DNA of 32,000 nucleotides from NCBI RefSeq assembly GCF_000009705.1, contig NC_003272.1:6300001-6332000 (forward strand). The letters run 5' to 3'. The notes below the pieces were generated by a model. That model ran no database searches, was not told the DNA's origin, and worked only from the letters and a program-made list of their open reading frames with translations. Each line of letters opens with the position of its first letter. Within the stretch, counting starts at the first letter, position 1. Both the position numbers and the translations under genes were made by a program. This stretch comes from Nostoc sp. PCC 7120 = FACHB-418. Lineage in GTDB: Bacteria > Cyanobacteriota > Cyanobacteriia > Cyanobacteriales > Nostocaceae. Shown in pieces: positions 27,018 to 32,000 of the stretch.

Positions 27018-27147
27018 TTAGGGATTAGGGATTGGGGACTGGGGATTGGGGATAAGGGGTAATAAGGACTGGGGGTTGGGGATTGGGGACTGGGGAAAAT
27101 TTTCCCCCTGCTCCCTGCTCCCTTGCTCCCCTGCTCCCCCTGCTCTC
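27018..27147. repeat. Long STRR array: G-rich heptamers (GGGATTA/GGGGACT/GGGGATT) running into the perfect palindrome GGGGAAAATTTTCCCC, then C-rich CTGCTCC repeats.
   Basis: This is read directly. The palindrome is at 27092-27107. GGGGACT is the reverse complement of a rotation of the classical STRR1 unit CCCCAGT. Confidence 0.8.
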
Positions 27148-27189
27148 TTCTTTCACCAGTCCCCCAGTATCTAATCTAAAGTCTCAACT

Positions 27190-27972
27190 TTAAATTTCGA
27201 CAATGACGGGAGTATGATCGCTGGGTTGAGTTAATTTTCTGGGGGAGACATCAATAGTGCAACTTTTTGCCTGTGCGTATAGTACTGGTGTGAGGTAGTG
27301 ATGATCGATTCTCCAGCCTTGGTTGCGGCGGAAAGAAGCCGCGCGGTAGTCCCACCAACTAAAGTGTCCGCCTTCGGTGGTGAATTTGCGAAAAGCATCA
27401 GCAAAGCCTAGTTCTAAAACATCTCGTAAAGCTTGGCGCTCGGCTAGGGATGCCATGATGTGATTTTCAGCTTTGACTTTTTCGTGAATATCTTTGTCTT
27501 CTAAGGCTATATTAAAGTCACCGCAGATGCAGATGGCAGGTTGTAATAAGAGAAGCGATCGCAGATACTCTCTCAATACAGTCAACCAGCGTAGCTTATA
27601 TTCATACTTTTCGCTGGCGATCGCTGAACCATTGGGAACATAGAGGTTGACAATCCGTACACCATCTATCACCCCTGTAATTACTCGTTTCTGCTCGTCC
27701 CATATCGGTTCTATATCTGGCAAAATCGGTGTGAACCCCGTGGTCACATCTGTAAGGGGTTGCTGGCTAATTAAAGCTACGCCATTGTAAGCTTTCTGTC
27801 CTGATATATATGAGTGATAGCCCAAATTTTCAAAAGGCGATCGTGGAAAATCATCATCTATAACCTTTGTCTCCTGTAAGCACAGAACATCAACGGGATT
27901 TTGTTTTAACCAATCCAAAACTTGCTCTAGACGAGTGCGAATCGAGTTAACATTCCAAGTAGCAATTTTCAT
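27190..27972 (-). CDS. xthA: Exodeoxyribonuclease III (AP endonuclease, Xth family).
   Basis: The 260-aa product starts MKIATWNVNSIRTRL. It has LCLQETK, GDFNIA, WWDYR and the terminal SDHTPVIVEI. Confidence 0.93.
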   Translation of the reverse strand: MKIATWNVNSIRTRLEQVLDWLKQNPVDVLCLQETKVIDDDFPRSPFENLGYHSYISGQKAYNGVALISQQPLTDVTTGFTPILPDIEPIWDEQKRVITGVIDGVRIVNLYVPNGSAIASEKYEYKLRWLTVLREYLRSLLLLQPAICICGDFNIALEDKDIHEKVKAENHIMASLAERQALRDVLELGFADAFRKFTTEGGHFSWWDYRAASFRRNQGWRIDHHYLTPVLYAQAKSCTIDVSPRKLTQPSDHTPVIVEI

Positions 27973-28422
27973 TAGTTAATTAACAGTATGTAAATGAATA
28001 ATGACTCTGACCTCGATTTTTTTTATGATTATTTAATATTTATCAGATTCCTTCGTTTTTTTGCGTTTTCTTTCAAGAGAAGTCTTTTAGAGTTGATCCC
28101 AAACTATATTTTTAGTAGTTTTCGCTACAAAACCCTCCTTTTTGTCAGCTAGACTACAAAATATTTTACTTGCTTATGATTCTTCAGACAGATGAACTCG
28201 GAAAATATAAGCTATATTTTAAAAGTAGTTGCCTAGTGCTTATGATTCAGGGGTTAAAATATATTCCGTAAGTTGTTACAGTATGGTCAACCTAATATTC
28301 CCCTTTAAAGTGTTCATTAGGTTAATTTAAATGTCAAAACAGGAAGTAATAATTTTATTCCTCATAAAATGATGTAAGTCTTAATTGTGGGGAGCATCTT
28401 ACCGACTGAACCGAAACAATTT

Positions 28423-29490
28423 ATGAAAATCGCTCAAGTTGCCCCCTTATGGGAACGAGTTCCACCTCCAAGTTATGGAGGTATTGAACTAGTAGTAAGT
28501 CACTTGACAAACGAACTAGTTCGTCGTGGTCATGAGGTAACATTATTTGCCTCTGGCGATTCTCAAACCTTGGCACATTTAGAAACAGTTTATCCGCGTG
28601 CATTACGCTTAGACAAAAATGTTCAAGACTATGCCGCTTATGAAACTTTAGAACTGAGCCAAGTCTACCAGAACGCGACAGGATTCGATATTATCCATTC
28701 TCATTTAGGGATTGCGGCTTTACCTTTAGCGAGTTTGGTAAAAACTCCTACAGTACATACGCTGCATGGTCATTTTACCAAAGATAACCAAAACGTCTTT
28801 AGTCATCATCATCAACAACCATACGTTAGTATTAGCAACGCCCAGCGTCAAATTCATCTCAATTATATAAAAACCGTTTATAACGGTATTGAGCCAAAAG
28901 ATTATCCGTTCATTTCTCAACCAAAAGAGCCGCCATATCTAGCATTTTTAGGACGCTTTTCTCCAGAAAAAGGCCCACATAAGGCGATCTCGATCGCCAA
29001 GCAGAGTGGTTGGCATTTAAAGATGGCAGGAAAAGTTGATACAGTAGATGCCAAGTTTTTTGAACAAGAGATTCTCCCTCATATAGATTGTCAGCAAATT
29101 GAATATTTAGGCGAAATTAACCATACAGAAAAAGCTGAACTACTAGGCAATGCTGCTGCTACTCTTTTTCCCATCAATTGGCAAGAACCTTTTGGTTTAG
29201 TGATGATTGAATCAATGGCAACTGGTACGCCAGTTATAGGGATGAATTTTGGTTCTGTACCTGAGGTGATCGACCAAGGTAAAACAGGTTTTATCTGCCA
29301 AAATTATGAAGAAATGATTCAGATGATACCTGCTACTTTGGAATTGGATCGTCGAGATTGTAGAGAATCTGTAGAAAACAAATTTAGCGTTAGCCAAATG
29401 GTTGATGGGTATGAAGCGGTATATCAACAAATTATCAAAGACCGCGTTAACTTAAACGGTTATAAGCACACAGCTAAAATCCGCTTTTAA
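28423..29490 (+). CDS. Glycosyltransferase, GT4 family (GT-B fold, group 1).
   Basis: I prefer the ATG at 28423 (MKIAQVAPLWERVPPPSYGGIELVVSHLTNELVRRGHEVTLFASGDS). The C-terminal EX7E-type region is EPFGLVMIESMATGTPVIG. Confidence 0.85.
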   Translation: MKIAQVAPLWERVPPPSYGGIELVVSHLTNELVRRGHEVTLFASGDSQTLAHLETVYPRALRLDKNVQDYAAYETLELSQVYQNATGFDIIHSHLGIAALPLASLVKTPTVHTLHGHFTKDNQNVFSHHHQQPYVSISNAQRQIHLNYIKTVYNGIEPKDYPFISQPKEPPYLAFLGRFSPEKGPHKAISIAKQSGWHLKMAGKVDTVDAKFFEQEILPHIDCQQIEYLGEINHTEKAELLGNAAATLFPINWQEPFGLVMIESMATGTPVIGMNFGSVPEVIDQGKTGFICQNYEEMIQMIPATLELDRRDCRESVENKFSVSQMVDGYEAVYQQIIKDRVNLNGYKHTAKIRF

Positions 29491-29545
29491 ACAACAACTT
29501 TTTTTAACATTTTCAACAACATTTTTCTTTTAGGAGGACATTGGT

Positions 29546-29737
29546 ATGAGTCTGCGAGCCAATAATTGCCCATGTTGCGGTGGTTCTCTCCTCCGCCATG
29601 TCCGTCACGGGGAACTATATTGGTTCTGCCTGTCTTGCCGTCAAGAAGTGCCACTATTAACTAACAATAATCGTTTACCGAATGTAGATACTCGCAATAA
29701 TGCAGGTGTTGTCCAGACAACGGTCAGCGTCGAATAG
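29546..29737 (+). CDS. Small zinc-ribbon protein (CxxC...CxxC), hypothetical.
   Basis: The 63-aa product is MSLRANNCPCCGGSLLRHVRHGELYWFCLSCRQEVP..., with two CxxC pairs 17 residues apart. A strong AGGAGGA lies 7 nt upstream of the ATG. The gene starts 55 nt after the GT4 gene on the same strand. Confidence 0.55.
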   Translation: MSLRANNCPCCGGSLLRHVRHGELYWFCLSCRQEVPLLTNNNRLPNVDTRNNAGVVQTTVSVE

Positions 29738-29876
29738 GGAATAGGGAGGAGCCACTGCGTTGCAGGATTGATGACGACAGTCTGCTTAAGAAAGGTTTCC
29801 TTTCTAGGCGGCTGTCTTGCCGTTTATGCCTACTTAGTAAGAGGTATAACGGTTAACTGACTTGAAAACCTTTTAT

Positions 29877-29955
29877 TGCGAATTGCGTTGGCGTTAGCCT
29901 ACTCTGCGAGTTCTCCGCAGGAGTAGCCGCAGGCTATTGCGAGTTGTTTTTATTA
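29877..29955. repeat. AATTGCG-type heptamers flanking an imperfect hairpin (repeat-derived intergenic element).
   Basis: The sequence is ATTGCGAATTGCGTTGGCGTTAGCCTACTCTGCG-agttctc-CGCAGGAGTAGCCGCAGGCTATTGCGAG. The arms CTACTC-TGCG and CGCAGGAGTAG pair with one bulge. Confidence 0.4.
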
Positions 29956-30065
29956 TCAGGGTTTTATCTTAGCTTGATTTCCTAATCTATAAGCCTACAG
30001 CTATAAGGTCACTGTAAAGCTAGGTTATTTTTTTACATTATTGAATACAGGCAATTCACTCTGAC

Positions 30066-31379
30066 TTACTGGCTAGAGATTGGCAAAGTAATAATAAATT
30101 TTGTTCCCTTACCCAAAGTTGACAAGCACTTAATTTTTCCATTGTGCTTATCCACAATAATTTGATGGGTGATGGCTAATCCTAGTCCAGTTCCCTTGCC
30201 TACAGCCTTAGTTGTAAAAGATGGCTCAAAAATTCTGTCTTGCACCTCAGGAGGTATACCAAGAGCATTATCTTCAATGCAAATTGTCACACCTGCCCGC
30301 TCCTGATCAACCGATGTAGTAATTGTAATTGTGTGAGGTTCAGAAACATTTATTTCCTGGTCTGAACATTTCTGATGGAGATCATCAAAGGCATCTATAG
30401 CGTTGGCGATAATGTTCATAAATACCTGGTTAAGCTGCCCAGGATAGCAAGTGATTGGTGGCAAAGTACCATATTCTTTGATCACCTCGATTTTTGGGCG
30501 ATCGCTTTGGTCTTTCAGGCGATGTTTCAGTAACATTAAGGTACTATTCATACCTTCATGAATCTGAAACTCTACCTTAGAGGAGATATCAGATCGGGCA
30601 AAGGTTCGTAAAGAAAGGCTGATATCCTTCAGCCGATCAATCCCTTGGTGCATTGACCCCAAGATTTTTGGTAAATCTTCTGCTAAATACTCTAAGTCGA
30701 TTTCTTCAACTAATTCTTCAATTTCCGGGTCTGAGTGTGATAATTTTTGCTGTTGCAGATGCACTAAACGAAGAATATCCTTGACATATTCCTCAATATG
30801 AGAGCAATTGCCACTAATAAAACCAATTGGGTTATTAATCTCATGACCTATACCAGCCACAAGTTGTCCAAGGGTGGACATTTTCTCACTTTGGATGAGT
30901 TGTATTTGGGTTTGCTTTAACTGTTGTATGGATTGAGTTAATTCTGCTGTCCGTTCTTGGACTTTTTGTTCTAGAGTACGGGTGAGATGGGATATTTTCA
31001 GGTGTAACTTTAATCGAGCAATAACTTCTTCATGTTGGAAGGGTTTGGTAATGTAGTCAACTGCACCAATTTCTAGTCCTTTGACTTTATCTGTAGCATC
31101 AGACAAGGCTGTCATGAAAATGACCGGAGTATTCTGAGTTATGGGATTGGCTTTCAATCTACGGCAAGTTTCAAATCCATCAATACCTGGCATCATGACA
31201 TCAAGGAGAATCAAATCAGGATGAGCATATTCTGTTTGTTCTAGCGCCGACTCTCCATCCGTTGCCATGAGAGCTTTCCAACCACATCCCTGAACTGCTT
31301 CTGATAAAACTTTCAGATTATTCGGGTTGTCATCTACTAAAAGGACATATGTTGGCTGTACAAGAGATTCGGTGATCAT
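30066..31379 (-). CDS. Hybrid response-regulator/histidine kinase (N-terminal receiver, then HisKA, then HATPase_c).
   Basis: The 437-aa product has a receiver domain ([14 protein letters not shown]...[16 protein letters not shown]...KP). The H-box is [13 protein letters not shown], the N-box [10 protein letters not shown]1 IEDNALGIP and G2 GKGTGLGL. Confidence 0.9.
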   Translation of the reverse strand: MITESLVQPTYVLLVDDNPNNLKVLSEAVQGCGWKALMATDGESALEQTEYAHPDLILLDVMMPGIDGFETCRRLKANPITQNTPVIFMTALSDATDKVKGLEIGAVDYITKPFQHEEVIARLKLHLKISHLTRTLEQKVQERTAELTQSIQQLKQTQIQLIQSEKMSTLGQLVAGIGHEINNPIGFISGNCSHIEEYVKDILRLVHLQQQKLSHSDPEIEELVEEIDLEYLAEDLPKILGSMHQGIDRLKDISLSLRTFARSDISSKVEFQIHEGMNSTLMLLKHRLKDQSDRPKIEVIKEYGTLPPITCYPGQLNQVFMNIIANAIDAFDDLHQKCSDQEINVSEPHTITITTSVDQERAGVTICIEDNALGIPPEVQDRIFEPSFTTKAVGKGTGLGLAITHQIIVDKHNGKIKCLSTLGKGTKFIITLPISSQ

Positions 31380-32000
31380 GGATGCGACTCCGTTATGACA
31401 AATGATTTCAGGAACTGGCGAATTTTTGCGGTTTGGAAGTTGGTAGTAAGTTTACTCAACTCAGTGGCAAAGGGAGTTAGCTGACTATTATGCTGAATTA
31501 GCTCTCTAAGAATTCCCTCAATCGCTGGTATATCCCCCATCATGGATAGATGATAGAGTTGTTGCAAAACATCCTGTGATGGCAGAACCAATTCAGTAGG
31601 AGTTGTAGGCCCTGGTTGAGGAGATAAAGACAAAGATGCAGATGGCGCATAAATCCACTCGACTTGGAGTAGCGATCGCAGCGCATTGAATAGTTCATCA
31701 ATTTGTAAGGGCTTGGGCAAAAACGCTGTTGCTCCAGCCTGCAAACTCCGTTGGCGATTTTCCTCGAATACGCTGGCACTAGAGACAATGATGGGGATAG
31801 AACTAGTTTGTGGATTCTCTTGTAGCTGAACCATTAGCTCAAAGCCATCCATATTAGGCATAGCTAAATCAAGCAGAATCAAATCTGGGTGATGTTCATT
31901 GACCATCTGTAGTCCCTGTTTGCCGTCGCTTGCTTCTAGGGTTTGACAGCCAATTTCTTGTAGCAGACTGTTTAACATAGAACGGTGGTTGTCATCATCA
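31376..32000 (-). CDS. C-terminal part of a receiver-domain protein (probably a larger hybrid sensor), with a helical Hpt-like tail. The gene runs off the right edge.
   Basis: The reading frame stays open upstream of the Met in the track. My translation of 32000-31979 gives ..DDDNHRS before MLNSLLQEIGC, which is the receiver DD acidic pocket. Other receiver segments are DLILLDLAMPNMDGFE and FLPKP. The tail is LQQLYHLSMMGDIPAIEGILRELI. The stop overlaps the downstream start (ATGA at 31376-31379). Confidence 0.8.
   Translation of the reverse strand, partial: DDDNHRSMLNSLLQEIGCQTLEASDGKQGLQMVNEHHPDLILLDLAMPNMDGFELMVQLQENPQTSSIPIIVSSASVFEENRQRSLQAGATAFLPKPLQIDELFNALRSLLQVEWIYAPSASLSLSPQPGPTTPTELVLPSQDVLQQLYHLSMMGDIPAIEGILRELIQHNSQLTPFATELSKLTTNFQTAKIRQFLKSFVITESHP

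Noticed and set aside
23841-27147. I considered whether the short tandem repeat arrays could be CRISPR arrays.
   Set aside because: The period is 7 nt with no unique spacers, and there are no cas genes. These are STRR-type microsatellites.
1-32000. A search for defence islands, prophage, transposons, toxin-antitoxin pairs, retrons or biosynthetic megasynthases.
   Set aside because: No integrase, transposase, recombinase, nuclease-helicase, methyltransferase, reverse transcriptase, NRPS/PKS or phage structural motifs were recognised in any listed ORF. Gene content and order look like conserved core chromosome.

Overview
The window is chromosomal DNA from a Nostoc/Anabaena-type (Nostocales) cyanobacterium. 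By manual scan it holds about 30 copies of the HIP1 octamer GCGATCGC, against roughly 0.5 expected by chance. Most intergenic gaps are filled with 7-nt tandem repeats of the STRR type. Gene content is almost entirely core metabolism and housekeeping. Left to right: (1) the 5' part of a two-partner-secretion (TpsA-like) exoprotein gene, preceded by a small Cys-rich ORF; (2) an orphan MalG-like ABC permease; (3) the canonical alkane locus ado-aar-accA-SDR-folE; (4) trpF; (5) two tandem psaK paralogues; (6) a PEP-CTERM choice-of-anchor-I beta-propeller protein behind a Pho-box-like repeat; (7) an orphan CpcS/CpeS-family bilin lyase; (8) an RND efflux pair (adaptor plus pump); (9) a divergent SDR/TetR pair with two TGAG-N6-CTCA palindromes; (10) rplS, tRNA-Trp and secE-nusG-rplKAJL with leader structures; (11) an orphan HlyD-type adaptor; (12) an NmrA/Ycf39-like protein; (13) xthA; (14) a GT4 glycosyltransferase plus a small zinc-ribbon ORF; (15) a translationally coupled two-component pair. 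I found no transposase, integrase, CRISPR array, restriction, toxin-antitoxin or other defence signature, and no compelling multi-gene novel system. The best candidates for something undescribed are modest. They are the Nif11-like, 4-Cys, 100-aa ORF coupled to the TpsA-like gene at the left edge, the Pho-box-fronted PEP-CTERM propeller protein, and the orphan HlyD adaptor. All calls rest on reading the translations and the sequence by eye. No database search was run.
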